In this document: positions 19,178 through 28,904 of the stretch, piece after piece
Layout: each line of letters starts with the position of its first letter
Position numbering within the stretch: the stretch's first letter is position 1
DNA from: an uncultured bacterium
GTDB lineage: Bacteria > Verrucomicrobiota > Lentisphaeria > Victivallales > UBA1829
DNA: 64,000 nt
Reading direction: 5' to 3'
Assembly: GCA_902802585.1 (NCBI GenBank)
Contig: CADCMR010000001.1
Location: 3,223 to 67,222 of the forward strand
Notes under the pieces: model-generated
What the model saw: the letters and a program-made list of their open reading frames with translations, nothing else
What the model was told of the DNA's origin: nothing
Database searches by the model: none
Program-made: the position numbers and the translations under genes

Positions 19178-19453
19178 ATGATAAAGAGTTTCAAAGACAA
19201 AGAAGCGGAAAAGATCTATAACGGCCTGCGGTCGGCTAAACTGCCCGGAACAATTCAGGATACCGCCCGCCGTCGTTTCAAGTATTTGAACAATGCTGTG
19301 GACTTGGAGGATTTGCGTGTGCCGCCGAGCAATCACTTCGAAGCATTGAGCGGCAGACCCGGAGTTTACAGCATACGGATCAACAACCAATGGCGCATAA
19401 CGTTCTCTTGGAACGACGGCGCGGAAAACGTCAGAATCGAAGATTACCACTAA
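19178..19453 (+). CDS. higB: RelE-fold toxin HigB (killer-protein type)
   Basis: MIKSFKDK...LRVPPSNHFEAL...YSIRINNQWRITF. Confidence 0.9.
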   Translation: MIKSFKDKEAEKIYNGLRSAKLPGTIQDTARRRFKYLNNAVDLEDLRVPPSNHFEALSGRPGVYSIRINNQWRITFSWNDGAENVRIEDYH

Positions 19454-19466
19454 CGGAGGCACAACT

Positions 19467-19799
19467 ATGGCAAATGAAGAACAATACCTGAAACCCGTAC
19501 ATCCCGGTGAAATATTGCTTGAAGATTTCATGAAGCCTCTTAATCTTTCGCAAAACAGACTGGCGCGGGAAATCGGCGTACCGCCGCGCCGGATCAACGA
19601 AATCATACACGGCAAACGCGCCGTAACCGCGGATACCGCCATGCGGCTAAGCCGTTTTTTCGGCACTTCCGCGCAGGTCTGGATCAATCTGCAGGCGGAA
19701 TACGAGTTGGATTGCGTGATCTACCGGGAGCGCATAGAGGGGCGGCACACGTTCGACTTTATTAAGGCCTTCAAGCCGGTTGCCGCCGCCATGCTGTAA
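19467..19799 (+). CDS. higA: HTH antitoxin HigA
   Basis: HPGEILLEDF, LAREIGV...INEIIHGKRAVTADTAMRL, WINLQ. Confidence 0.92.
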   Translation: MANEEQYLKPVHPGEILLEDFMKPLNLSQNRLAREIGVPPRRINEIIHGKRAVTADTAMRLSRFFGTSAQVWINLQAEYELDCVIYRERIEGRHTFDFIKAFKPVAAAML

Positions 19800-19801
19800 C
19801 G

Positions 19802-21340
19802 TCAGGCCTTCCGGTCGAGGGCGCGGTAGCCGATTGCCTCGAAGAGGTGTTCGCGGCGGATGTTCTCGGAACCTGCGAGGTCGGCGATGGTGCGCGCGAC
19901 GCGGAGGATGCGGTCATAGGCGCGCGCCGACAATCCGAATTCATTGATCGCGTGGCGGATCATGGTCTGGAGCTGGGGATCCAGCACGCAGTATCTCGTG
20001 AGCTGGGCGGGTCCCATCATGGCGTTGCATCGCACGCGGCTGTCGCGTCCGTAACGGCGCGTCTGGACTTCGCGTGCCGCGATGCACCTGGCACGGATGA
20101 CTGCGCTGGATTCCGCCGGACGCGTCGAGACAAGCTCGTCGTCGGACAGCGCCTCCACGTTCACATGCAGGTCGATGCGGTCGAGCAGCGGACCGGAAAT
20201 CTTCGCGCGGTACTGCTGAATCTGGAGCGAACGGCAGGAACAGCGGTGGCGGTGGTCGCCGAGGTGACCGCAGGGACACGGGTTCATGGCGGCGATGAGG
20301 AGGAAACGGCATGGGAAGACGAAACTGCCCGCGGCGCGGCTGATGGAGACCTCGCCGTTTTCGAGCGGCTGGCGGAGCACTTCGAGCGTGCTGCGCTTGA
20401 ACTCGGGGAGTTCGTCGAGGAAGAGCACGCCGTTGTGGGCGAGGCTGATTTCGCCGGGCTGGGGATTGGTGCCGCCGCCGATGAGCCCGGCGTCGCTGAC
20501 CGTGTGGTGCGGCGCGCGGAAGGGCCGTCTGCGGAGAAGCGGCGTATCGGACGGGAGCAGCCCGAGCACGGAATGGATCTTGCTCGTTTCGAGCGTCTCC
20601 TCCTCGGTCATGGGCGGCAGGATGCCGGGCATGCGCTGGGCGAGCATGCTTTTGCCGGAGCCGGGCGGTCCGATGAAGATCACGTTGTGTCCGCCAGCGG
20701 CGGCGATCTCAAGCGCGCGTTTTGCCGCCGCCTGCCCCTTGACCTCGGCGAAATCCGGGATGCCGTCCCAGTCCGGCTCCAGGAACACCGCGCCGTCGTT
20801 ATTCGAGAGCGGGAGGAGTTCGCCGGAGAGGGCGCGGATGGCGTCGGTGAGAGAATGGACCGCGAACACGCGGATGTGCGGCAGCACGGTCGCCGCCTCG
20901 CGGGCGTTTGCCGCGGGGACGATCAATGTACGGATCTCCGGCATCTGCCGTGCGAGGAGCGCGGCGGGCAGGACGCCCTTCACCGCGCGCACGGAACTGT
21001 CGAGCGCGAGTTCGCCGAGGATCATGGCGTCTTCGAGCGTCTCCTTCGGGAACGCTCCGGCGGCGGAGGCGAGCGCCAATGCGATCGGCAGGTCGAACGC
21101 CGTGCCTTCCTTGCGGATGTCGCCGGGCGCGAGGTTCACGAGCGTGAATCCCTCGGGATGCCGCAGTCCGGCGGCGTAAAGCGCGCTGCGGATGCGTTCC
21201 TTGCTTTCGCGGACCGCCGCGTCGGGCAGCCCCACGATGGAAACATTGACTCCTTCGCCCGCGCCGGACGCGTGGACTTCAATCTCGACCGCGACCGCGT
21301 CGATGCCGATGAGCGTGGCGGAGTATGTTCCCGTGAGCAT
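19802..21340 (-). CDS. comM: YifB/ComM Mg-chelatase-related ATPase
   Basis: [71 protein letters not shown]. Confidence 0.95.
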   Translation of the reverse strand: MLTGTYSATLIGIDAVAVEIEVHASGAGEGVNVSIVGLPDAAVRESKERIRSALYAAGLRHPEGFTLVNLAPGDIRKEGTAFDLPIALALASAAGAFPKETLEDAMILGELALDSSVRAVKGVLPAALLARQMPEIRTLIVPAANAREAATVLPHIRVFAVHSLTDAIRALSGELLPLSNNDGAVFLEPDWDGIPDFAEVKGQAAAKRALEIAAAGGHNVIFIGPPGSGKSMLAQRMPGILPPMTEEETLETSKIHSVLGLLPSDTPLLRRRPFRAPHHTVSDAGLIGGGTNPQPGEISLAHNGVLFLDELPEFKRSTLEVLRQPLENGEVSISRAAGSFVFPCRFLLIAAMNPCPCGHLGDHRHRCSCRSLQIQQYRAKISGPLLDRIDLHVNVEALSDDELVSTRPAESSAVIRARCIAAREVQTRRYGRDSRVRCNAMMGPAQLTRYCVLDPQLQTMIRHAINEFGLSARAYDRILRVARTIADLAGSENIRREHLFEAIGYRALDRKA

Positions 21341-21343
21341 AAG

Positions 21344-22120
21344 TCAGCTCTCTTTCGCCTCGGTTTTGTCCGCCTCGGCGGCTTCCGGCGCTTTCTTCTT
21401 CGAGCCCATGATCTTCCGGTGGACCATGATGTAGCCGACGAACAGCACGGCGCATCCGGCGAAAATCCACAAGTAGTGCTCCTGGATGATTGCCTTGCCT
21501 TTTTCGATCATTTCGAGGTAAGTCATGTCGCCGGTGGCGTGCCCGAACCACACACCGAGCACGGTCAGCACCGCCGTCCACAGACCCGCGCCGAGCGCGG
21601 TGAAGAGCGTGAACCGGAAAAGGTTCATGTGGGAGAGGCCGGCGGGGATGGAGATGAGCTGGCGGATGGCGGGGAGCAGGCGGGAGATGAACGTGACGAC
21701 CTCGCCGTATTCGCGGAAGATCTCCTCCGCGCGGTCCAGCGACTGCTCGGACATCAGGATGAACTTGCCGTATTTCCTCAGCAGCGTGTGGAGCACGGGG
21801 CGCCCGAGCCATTTCGACAGGAAGTAGTTGATGTACGCGCCCGCCATGGATCCGCTCAGACCGACCGCGATCACGATCACCACGTCCAGCACGTGCGACG
21901 GCGTCAGCGGATAGCGCCAGATCAGGAATCCGGCGGGGATCATAACGACCTCGCTGGGGAACGGGATGAACGAGCTTTCGATGGTCATGAAGAGGGAGAT
22001 GAAAAAGAAGAAGAGCAGCGGCGCCGTGTGGGCGAACGATGCGAAGTATTCGATGTGGCTGGCGAGCGTTTCTGTCATGGAGGACCTTTCTGTCGTGGCT
22101 ATTTTTCGGTTTTTTCGCAT
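21344..22120 (-). CDS. DedA-family membrane protein
   Basis: ESSFIPFPSEVVM, SRLLPAIRQLISIPAG; start could be the second Met (MTETL). Confidence 0.9.
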   Translation of the reverse strand: MRKNRKIATTERSSMTETLASHIEYFASFAHTAPLLFFFFISLFMTIESSFIPFPSEVVMIPAGFLIWRYPLTPSHVLDVVIVIAVGLSGSMAGAYINYFLSKWLGRPVLHTLLRKYGKFILMSEQSLDRAEEIFREYGEVVTFISRLLPAIRQLISIPAGLSHMNLFRFTLFTALGAGLWTAVLTVLGVWFGHATGDMTYLEMIEKGKAIIQEHYLWIFAGCAVLFVGYIMVHRKIMGSKKKAPEAAEADKTEAKES

Positions 22121-22286
22121 CCGCCGGGCGTTTTGTACTGGAATTTTTTGCGGAAGATGCTATAATTTTAGAATGCGGTTTTTCCTCCGGGGGATTCCGC
22201 CGGAAAAAATGGATTCTAATAATGTACCCGCGGAATCCTCATTTTTCCAGTGTTTTTTTCTTTTTTTTGCTGACTTTGGAGAAAAA

Positions 22287-23180
22287 ATGTATCCCATCGC
22301 GTTTCACATCGGAAATTTCGCCGTCCACTGGTACGGCATTTTCATCGGCATCGGTTTTCTGGCGTCGTTCGGTCTGCTCATGAAGATCAGGCAGTACGCC
22401 AGGCTCACGGCGGACCAGATCTACAACATCGCCATGATCGCGCTCTTCGCGGGCGTGATCGGCGCGAGGATCTTTTATGTGGCGCAGTTCTGGGAACAGT
22501 TTTCCGGGCGCGGTCTCCTGGCGATCCTGAACGTCCACGAGGGCGGTCTCGTCTTCTACGGCGGGTTCATTCTGGCGTTCATCGCCGAATGCCTCTACGC
22601 CAAATGGCCGACCGTGCGGCGTCTGCTCGGACTGAAGGAAAAACAGCCTGCCGACGGCTCTGAGCCGCGCAAGGACATCAGCATCCTCGCGCTGCTCGAT
22701 ATTCTCGGACCCGCCATGGCGCTCGCCCACGCGTTCGGCCGCATCAGCTGTTTCATGCAGGGCTGCTGCTTCGGCAAGCCCGCTCCGAAGGGGTTCCCGT
22801 TCGCCGTGTGCTTCCCGCACGAATCCGGGGCGGCGGCGCGTTATCCCTCGCTCCTGTCGGACTGTTCCGAGCCGGTCTACCCTGTCCAGCTCTTCGAGTC
22901 CGCCGGAAACATCCTGATGTGCGTCGTGCTGCTCCTGCTGCTGCGGAAACGCAAATACGCCGGGACGGTCGGCGGCGTCTACCTGATCCTCTACGGCGTG
23001 ATGCGCTTCCTGATCGAATTTATGCGAGGAGACCACACCGATTCCATCCTCGGTCTCACGCCGTCGCAGTTCATCGCGGTCGCGATCGCCATCCCCGGCG
23101 GCGTCATCGTCACCTGCGCGGCGCGCTCACTCGGCCGCAAACAGGAAAAGAAATCTGCCGGGGAGTCCGCCGATGCCTGA
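22287..23180 (+). CDS. lgt: Prolipoprotein diacylglyceryl transferase
   Basis: MYPIAF...VHWYG, GARIFYV, GGLVFYGG, GRISCFMQGCCFG, YPVQLFES, RFLIEFMRGD; start chosen after the GGAG RBS. Confidence 0.93.
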   Translation: MYPIAFHIGNFAVHWYGIFIGIGFLASFGLLMKIRQYARLTADQIYNIAMIALFAGVIGARIFYVAQFWEQFSGRGLLAILNVHEGGLVFYGGFILAFIAECLYAKWPTVRRLLGLKEKQPADGSEPRKDISILALLDILGPAMALAHAFGRISCFMQGCCFGKPAPKGFPFAVCFPHESGAAARYPSLLSDCSEPVYPVQLFESAGNILMCVVLLLLLRKRKYAGTVGGVYLILYGVMRFLIEFMRGDHTDSILGLTPSQFIAVAIAIPGGVIVTCAARSLGRKQEKKSAGESADA

Positions 23181-24129
23181 CGAAACCGAAAACAGCGAAG
23201 CCTACGAGTTCACGCTCGGCGAACTCGACGCGGACGAACGAATCGACCAGGTGCTGGCGGCATACTGCCCCGACCTCTCGCGGACGCATATCCAGAAGCT
23301 CATCCGCGACGGCAAGCTCACGGTCAACGGCAAGGTCTGCGACCTGCCGCGCCTCAAATTCCCCGCCGGGTCCGTTGCCCGCCTCACCGACACGCTTCCC
23401 CCCGTGCCGGACCGTGCCGAGGGTGAGGACATCCCGCTGGACGTGATCTTCGAAGACGACGTGCTGCTGGTCATCAACAAGCCCGCGGGCATGGTGGTGC
23501 ATCCGGCGGCGGGCAACTGGCACGGGACCGTGGTGAACGCCGTGCTCGGGCGCGAACCCGGGCTCGACGACGAGGATTTCGACGCCATGCGGCCCGGCAT
23601 CGTGCACAGGCTCGACAAGGACACCAGCGGCGCGCTGATCATCGCCAAGACGCCGAAGGCGCTCCGCAAGCTTGCGAAGTCGTTCGCCGACCGCGACGTG
23701 CAGAAGACCTACCTCGCCATCGTGCACGGCTGGCCGTCGCCCGACGTGAACGTGGTCAACGCCCCCATCATGCGCCACCCGGACCACAAGCGCATGGCGA
23801 TCGCGCGTTCGGGGCAGGGACGCGAGGCGGTCACCACGTGGAAGGTCATCCGCAAGGGGCTCTGGGACGGCCGCAAGGTCGCTGTCATGGAGATGCACCC
23901 CCACACCGGTCGCACCCATCAGATCCGCGTCCACCTGTCGTACAAGGATTACCCGATTGTCGGCGACAAGCTCTACAACCGCGGGCGCTCCTCGCCGGCG
24001 CCGCGCCAGATGCTTCACGCGCGCAGGATTTCCTTCCCGCACCCTGTGACCGGCGAACGCATGACGGTCGAAGCGCCGATCCCGGACGATTTCCTCGCGA
24101 TCATCCAGGCGTTCCAGGAAGCAAAATAA
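23173..24129 (+). CDS. rluD: RluA-family 23S rRNA pseudouridine synthase (RluD-like)
   Basis: N-terminal S4 domain, NKPAGMVVHP, HRLDKDTSG, TGRTHQIRVH. Confidence 0.9.
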   Translation: MPDETENSEAYEFTLGELDADERIDQVLAAYCPDLSRTHIQKLIRDGKLTVNGKVCDLPRLKFPAGSVARLTDTLPPVPDRAEGEDIPLDVIFEDDVLLVINKPAGMVVHPAAGNWHGTVVNAVLGREPGLDDEDFDAMRPGIVHRLDKDTSGALIIAKTPKALRKLAKSFADRDVQKTYLAIVHGWPSPDVNVVNAPIMRHPDHKRMAIARSGQGREAVTTWKVIRKGLWDGRKVAVMEMHPHTGRTHQIRVHLSYKDYPIVGDKLYNRGRSSPAPRQMLHARRISFPHPVTGERMTVEAPIPDDFLAIIQAFQEAK

Positions 24130-24131
24130 CC

Positions 24132-25628
24132 ATGCCGCGTCCTCGTCCGACCAGACGTGTTTTGAATATAGACGACCTCGAACCGCTCTGCGCCGCCGCG
24201 CTCACGCCGTTCCGCAAACGCGACGGCATCTACTACACGCCGCGACCAGTCGCCGAACGCATCGTATCCGCCGCGCTGGACGCACATCCCGGACTGAACC
24301 GAAAAAACGTGCCGAATCTGTGCATCATCGACCCCGCGTGCGGCTGCGGCGCGTTCCTCGCCGCCGCCATGCGCATCCTGCATGACCGGTTCGGTGTGCT
24401 GCCCCAGCCGGAAAACATCTGCGGAATTGAACTCCAGCCGCTCGCCGCCGAGGTCGCCGCGCTGCGTCTGCGCTGGCTTTATATGAGTTTGACCGGGACG
24501 CCCGGCGCGCCGCGCATCGTCTGTGCCGACGCATTGAACAAAAAAGTGTTCCCGGCAGGCTCGTTCGACCTCGTGCTCGGCAATCCGCCGTTCGTGCCGG
24601 TGGACACGATCCCCGAAAAGGACAAAAGCCGTCTTCGCAAACAGTATCGCTTCACGAACGGACGCTTCAACCTCTTTTCGCTCTTCATCGAGCTTGGCGC
24701 GAAACTGGCGCGCGAGGGGGGCGTGTGCGGCTGGCTCGCCCCGGATCGTCTGCTGCTCAATACGCAGGGGGTCGCCATGCGTCGCTGGCTCCTGACCGAA
24801 CAGCGCCTGGTCTCCGCCTCGTCGCTGCCGCCGGGGCTTTTCGGGAAGGCCGTGGTGGATTCCGCCGCGGTGATTTTCCGGCGCGAACCCATGCCGCCCG
24901 GCGGATGCGTGTGCATCGATGACGCCGGGGACGTGCCCGCCGCCGACATCCTCGCGTTCCCGGGGTGCCGCATCGTCGCCGGACTCTGCGCGGACGGCGC
25001 GTTCCTGCGGACGGTCCGGGCGCACAGTGTTCCGCTCGGTGAGATCGCCGACGTGCGCGACGGCGTGATCCAGGGCGCGGTCGGCAAAGAGCTTTTCGTG
25101 AGCTCACCGGAACGCGCCGCGAATCCGAAGCCGCTCCTCACCGGGCGCGACGTCGTCCGCATGAAGATCTTGCCCGCCGCCCGCTGGATCGACTACGATC
25201 CGCCGCGCATGGCGGCGCTCGAAGCCGCCCGCGTCGGGACCCGTCCGCCCGGACTGCGGATGCGCACGCCGGACGTCTTCGAGCGTCCGAAGATCCTGTC
25301 GCGCCAGACCGCCGACCGGATTGTCGCCGCCTGCGATTCCGTCGGGAAATATTATTACGCGAACACCCTGCACGGCACCGTGCCGCGTCCGGGGACTTAT
25401 TCGCTTCATTTTCTGGCGGCGGTCATGAACAGCGCGACCGTCGACCGCTGGTACCGGCTCGTCGCTTCGGAGTCCGGCAAGCCGTTTCCGCAGGTCAAGA
25501 TCGTGATCCTGAAACGCCTGCCCGTCTGTCGCGCCACCCGCCGTGAACAGTGCGCCGTGCTGCGTGCGCTGCGCCATGGCGGACCGACCGCGGCGGAACG
25601 TCTGATCGAACGCCTCTACGGACTGTGA
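24132..25628 (+). CDS. N6-adenine DNA methyltransferase (TaqI/Eco57I-like), no cognate endonuclease nearby
   Basis: GIYYTP, motif I IIDPACGCGAFL, GIEL, FDLVLGNPPF, TaqI-C-like tail (PKILSRQT, LAAVMNS); starts 2 nt after the rluD stop. Confidence 0.85.
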   Translation: MPRPRPTRRVLNIDDLEPLCAAALTPFRKRDGIYYTPRPVAERIVSAALDAHPGLNRKNVPNLCIIDPACGCGAFLAAAMRILHDRFGVLPQPENICGIELQPLAAEVAALRLRWLYMSLTGTPGAPRIVCADALNKKVFPAGSFDLVLGNPPFVPVDTIPEKDKSRLRKQYRFTNGRFNLFSLFIELGAKLAREGGVCGWLAPDRLLLNTQGVAMRRWLLTEQRLVSASSLPPGLFGKAVVDSAAVIFRREPMPPGGCVCIDDAGDVPAADILAFPGCRIVAGLCADGAFLRTVRAHSVPLGEIADVRDGVIQGAVGKELFVSSPERAANPKPLLTGRDVVRMKILPAARWIDYDPPRMAALEAARVGTRPPGLRMRTPDVFERPKILSRQTADRIVAACDSVGKYYYANTLHGTVPRPGTYSLHFLAAVMNSATVDRWYRLVASESGKPFPQVKIVILKRLPVCRATRREQCAVLRALRHGGPTAAERLIERLYGL

Positions 25629-25687
25629 ATTGTCAGCCGTTCTTTCCGTTTTTCTGATTTTTTTATTAGAAATATCCGGCTTTCGGT

Positions 25688-25716
25688 TTGCATTGTTTCT
25701 CCTCGCGGACTATATT
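25688..25716 (+). promoter_or_regulatory. Sigma70-type promoter
   Basis: TTGCAT-17nt-TATATT. Confidence 0.6.
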
Positions 25717-25771
25717 ATTACCGTGTATTCTTTACCATTTTCCGATTGTTCATTTTGAGGAGCCTGACGCC

Positions 25772-27076
25772 ATGAGCAGTGATACCGACCAGAAGCAAGC
25801 CGAACCTTCCGCGGTTTCTCCCGCGCCGAACCCGAATCCGGCGGAGAATCCGGCACCCGCCGCCCCGGAGTACGCCCCCGGTTCCGTGGAAGCCCGCCTG
25901 CTGGCGTTGGACGGTCCGGCGTCGAAGAAGGCGCTGCACGATTCCCGGACGCTGAAACACCTCGGCGCCCTGTATTATGTGCTTGCCGTATTTTTTGTGT
26001 TTTTGGAAATGGGGTTGTTCGCGGTGCCGCATCTGCCCGGTTTCCCGCCGACCATGAAGGTCGCGATCGTAATCCTGACCTGGCTGCTGCTCCCGCTCGC
26101 CGTGATTCTGCCGTCGTTCGGCGTGGCGCTTCGGACGCAGCGCTCGACCGCGGCGCAATGGCTTTTCCGCATCGTGGCGATCATCGGGATCGTCGGCGGC
26201 GTGCTGCAGATGATCACAAGCGTCCGGCAGGCGAATATCGGCGGCTTCATCGGCGAACTTGTTTCGGTGCTGATCTGCATCCGTCTGTGCGTCATCACGT
26301 ACAACGGCGTCCTGTTCGGAAAGAACGCCCCGTCGCACAACCAGCTGGGCTATGTCCGCTCGAAGTGGAAAGTCGGGGAGAAGCCGGAACACATCCCTGA
26401 ACACAAACACAAGCCGCCGAGCTACGCCAAACCGTGTTTCTACATCGCGTTTCTGATTCTTCCGTACAGCCTGTGGCATCTCGGCCTGGGGATTCTCGAC
26501 CAGGTGGAATATTCCAGGGCGCAGGAATACTACGAGGCGGGTCAGACGCTGTTCGCCGAGGCGGGCCAGGCGACGAATCCGCAGACCGCCATCGGGAAAT
26601 ATGCCGAGGCTTATTTCAATTTCAAGCGCGCGGCCTCCGATCCGAAGAACGAGGACGTCCATGTGTACCTCGGTCTCTGTGCGGCGCGCGGACTCGGCTG
26701 CGCGCAGGACTACGGCGAGGCGTTCAAACAGCTGACCATGCACCAGACCGCCACGAACTACTTCCCCGATGCCGAATACGAGCTCGGGATGCTTTACCTC
26801 TACGGTCGCGGCACCACGCGTGACGTCAAGCAGGCCGCGATCCTGCTCAAGGACGCCGCCGCGAAGGGGCAGCGCGACGCAAAGGCGCTCCTCGGCTACG
26901 ACATGAGCGACCTGGACGCGGTCGGCAACGAGGTTGAGGGCGCGGAAACGTCCTACACCGAGCCGGACTACGGCGGACTGACCGTCGAGCAGTACCTGGA
27001 AAAGAAGATCAACGACGAAGCCATCCGCAACGCCGGAAAAGACGCCCCTGAGGAAGCCGAATCCGCGGAGAAATGA
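25772..27076 (+). CDS. Membrane protein with C-terminal Sel1-like repeats
   Basis: About 5 TM segments, then LGLCAARGLGCAQDYGEA and AEYELGMLYLYGRGTTRDVKQA; start after the GAGG RBS. Confidence 0.8.
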   Translation: MSSDTDQKQAEPSAVSPAPNPNPAENPAPAAPEYAPGSVEARLLALDGPASKKALHDSRTLKHLGALYYVLAVFFVFLEMGLFAVPHLPGFPPTMKVAIVILTWLLLPLAVILPSFGVALRTQRSTAAQWLFRIVAIIGIVGGVLQMITSVRQANIGGFIGELVSVLICIRLCVITYNGVLFGKNAPSHNQLGYVRSKWKVGEKPEHIPEHKHKPPSYAKPCFYIAFLILPYSLWHLGLGILDQVEYSRAQEYYEAGQTLFAEAGQATNPQTAIGKYAEAYFNFKRAASDPKNEDVHVYLGLCAARGLGCAQDYGEAFKQLTMHQTATNYFPDAEYELGMLYLYGRGTTRDVKQAAILLKDAAAKGQRDAKALLGYDMSDLDAVGNEVEGAETSYTEPDYGGLTVEQYLEKKINDEAIRNAGKDAPEEAESAEK

Positions 27077-27102
27077 TTCCGCGCCAAACCCTTTTTCAGT
27101 TC

Positions 27103-27142
27103 AAAAAAAGGTGCCCGCGTACAGAATAGACTGCTGCGGGCA
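27103..27142 (-). terminator. Terminator between convergent genes
   Basis: TGCCCGC/GCGGGCA stem next to an A7 tract. Confidence 0.5.
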
Positions 27143-27168
27143 TCGGTGTCTTTAAAGTGGTATTTTTT

Positions 27169-28884
27169 TCAGAAGAAGAACGCCTGTGAGGGGTCGGCGG
27201 GGATCTGCTTGAGTACGTCCGGGTGCTTCACGGACACTTTGCCGTCCTTCACCGTGACCTCGATCGGGCCGAGCGGGGTCGGCTGGCGGTAGAACCCGCC
27301 TTTCAGCACGTCCAGGTCCGGTTCCACACAGAACTTCGCGAAGCCCGGCGCGAGCGGACGGATGCCGAAGAGACGCCGCGCGACGATGTTTGCCGGGGCG
27401 GTCGACCACGAGTGGTTCCAGTCCTGGTTCGGCTTCACGGAGTTGTCCCACGCCTCCATGGTCACGGTCGCGCCCGCGCGGAGCATGTTGTGCCAGCTTC
27501 GGAGGTCGTGCGAGGTCATCAGCTCCATGGCGTGCGCGCCGAGTCCGAGCTCGAAACATGCGTCGAGCAGATACTGCGCGCCGTACGCGCTGCACGCCAT
27601 GCCCTTTCCCTTCAGAAACTCGGCAACAGCGGGCTTCTCAGCCTCGCGGACGACGCCGGTGCAGACGGCGGCCATTTGGGCGTGGACGGAGTGGTGTTTC
27701 GAGCCGGGGGAATCGACGAAGAGTTTGCCGTCGAACATGGCTTCATGCAGACGGTCGTTCAGCGCGGCGGCTTCCGCGCGGTACTGCGCCGCCTCGACCG
27801 CGTGCCCGGACTGCTCCGCCAGGTACGCCATGTCCAGCAGCGCGAGGTGCCGGAACGCGTTCGGCACGAAGTTCACGTCCTTCATCTCGTAGCCGTCGCG
27901 TTCCCCCTCGGGCCAGTCTACGATGTCGCGGACGCCCTGCGGCAGGCGTTTCGCGGTCAGGAAACCGCGTTCGTCCAGGCTGCCGGAGAGCAGGAAGGGC
28001 TTGAGGCGGGCGTACCAGCCGCGCACGGTCTCGGTGTCGCCGCTGTACAGCAGATAGGCTTTCATCAGCTCGGGCATCAGCAGGTGCCATTCGGTCGGCC
28101 AGGTGGGGTTGTCGAGCGACCATTCGATCGAGGCGCGGCAGGCGGCATAGTTCGCATCCACGGCGAAATGGCTGAGCGCGGTGACGTAGCTGTCCGCCTC
28201 GTATGGCATGCGCTCGCGGTTGCCGTCGATGTACAGCCCGAACGGGACGCACGCCTTCACGGAATATTTGCAGAACTCCCATACGCGGGTGAGCTCCGGA
28301 TCGCCGAATTTGAACTCGGACGCGCCGTCGTCGAACTCGGGGAAATGCGCCACGCGGACGACCTTCACGACCTCGACGCCGTCCGGATTGCGCGTTTCGA
28401 TGTAGCGGAACGGCGCGATCTCGGGCGTCTGCGGACGCGACATCCCGCCGTACGGATTCTTGTGCGGCGGAAACTTCATCAGGTAGTCGGCGGTGCCGGG
28501 CTTCACGGTCAGCGTTTCTTTGTAACAGATCCGCGAGCCGCCCGGATTCTCCTCGAGCCTGCCGTCCTGCTTCAGGACTTCGCCAACCAGCACTTCGAGC
28601 TTGCTTTCTTTTTCCGAGGTCAACGTCAGGACCAGGTGGCAGTAGGCGTCGCGCCCGAAATCCAGCACGCGGACCGATTCGCCGAACACGCGCGATGTTT
28701 CCGGCGTCTGCTCGACGAGCACGCTTTTCGCCTCGGCAGGCACGGCGGGGAAGATCACGACCGTGTTCTCCTCGTCTATGCTCATTTCGACGCATCCGCA
28801 GAGGACGGACGCGGACAGGGCGGTCCCGAGCAGAATGGCGGATCCCGCGAGGCGGGCTGTGAGCATGTGGATTATTTGGATCAT
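27169..28884 (-). CDS. Alpha-L-rhamnosidase-like glycoside hydrolase (GH78), possible lipoprotein
   Basis: VLDFGR, FRYIE, IDGNRERMPYEAD, DWP, TMEAWD, WNHSWSTAP; VLCGC lipobox-like signal. Confidence 0.8.
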   Translation of the reverse strand: MIQIIHMLTARLAGSAILLGTALSASVLCGCVEMSIDEENTVVIFPAVPAEAKSVLVEQTPETSRVFGESVRVLDFGRDAYCHLVLTLTSEKESKLEVLVGEVLKQDGRLEENPGGSRICYKETLTVKPGTADYLMKFPPHKNPYGGMSRPQTPEIAPFRYIETRNPDGVEVVKVVRVAHFPEFDDGASEFKFGDPELTRVWEFCKYSVKACVPFGLYIDGNRERMPYEADSYVTALSHFAVDANYAACRASIEWSLDNPTWPTEWHLLMPELMKAYLLYSGDTETVRGWYARLKPFLLSGSLDERGFLTAKRLPQGVRDIVDWPEGERDGYEMKDVNFVPNAFRHLALLDMAYLAEQSGHAVEAAQYRAEAAALNDRLHEAMFDGKLFVDSPGSKHHSVHAQMAAVCTGVVREAEKPAVAEFLKGKGMACSAYGAQYLLDACFELGLGAHAMELMTSHDLRSWHNMLRAGATVTMEAWDNSVKPNQDWNHSWSTAPANIVARRLFGIRPLAPGFAKFCVEPDLDVLKGGFYRQPTPLGPIEVTVKDGKVSVKHPDVLKQIPADPSQAFFF

Positions 28885-28904
28885 ACCGTTTTTCTGGAAA
28901 AGTC

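Noticed and set aside
19847-22165. Long opposite-strand ORFs, e.g. 772 aa here, plus 323-1555, 2289-3695, 13399-15156, 15903-17504, 27223-28980, 39288-40796, 49110-51332 and 53533-54723
   Set aside because: Antisense shadows of well-supported genes, expected from high-GC codon bias; no motifs or RBS
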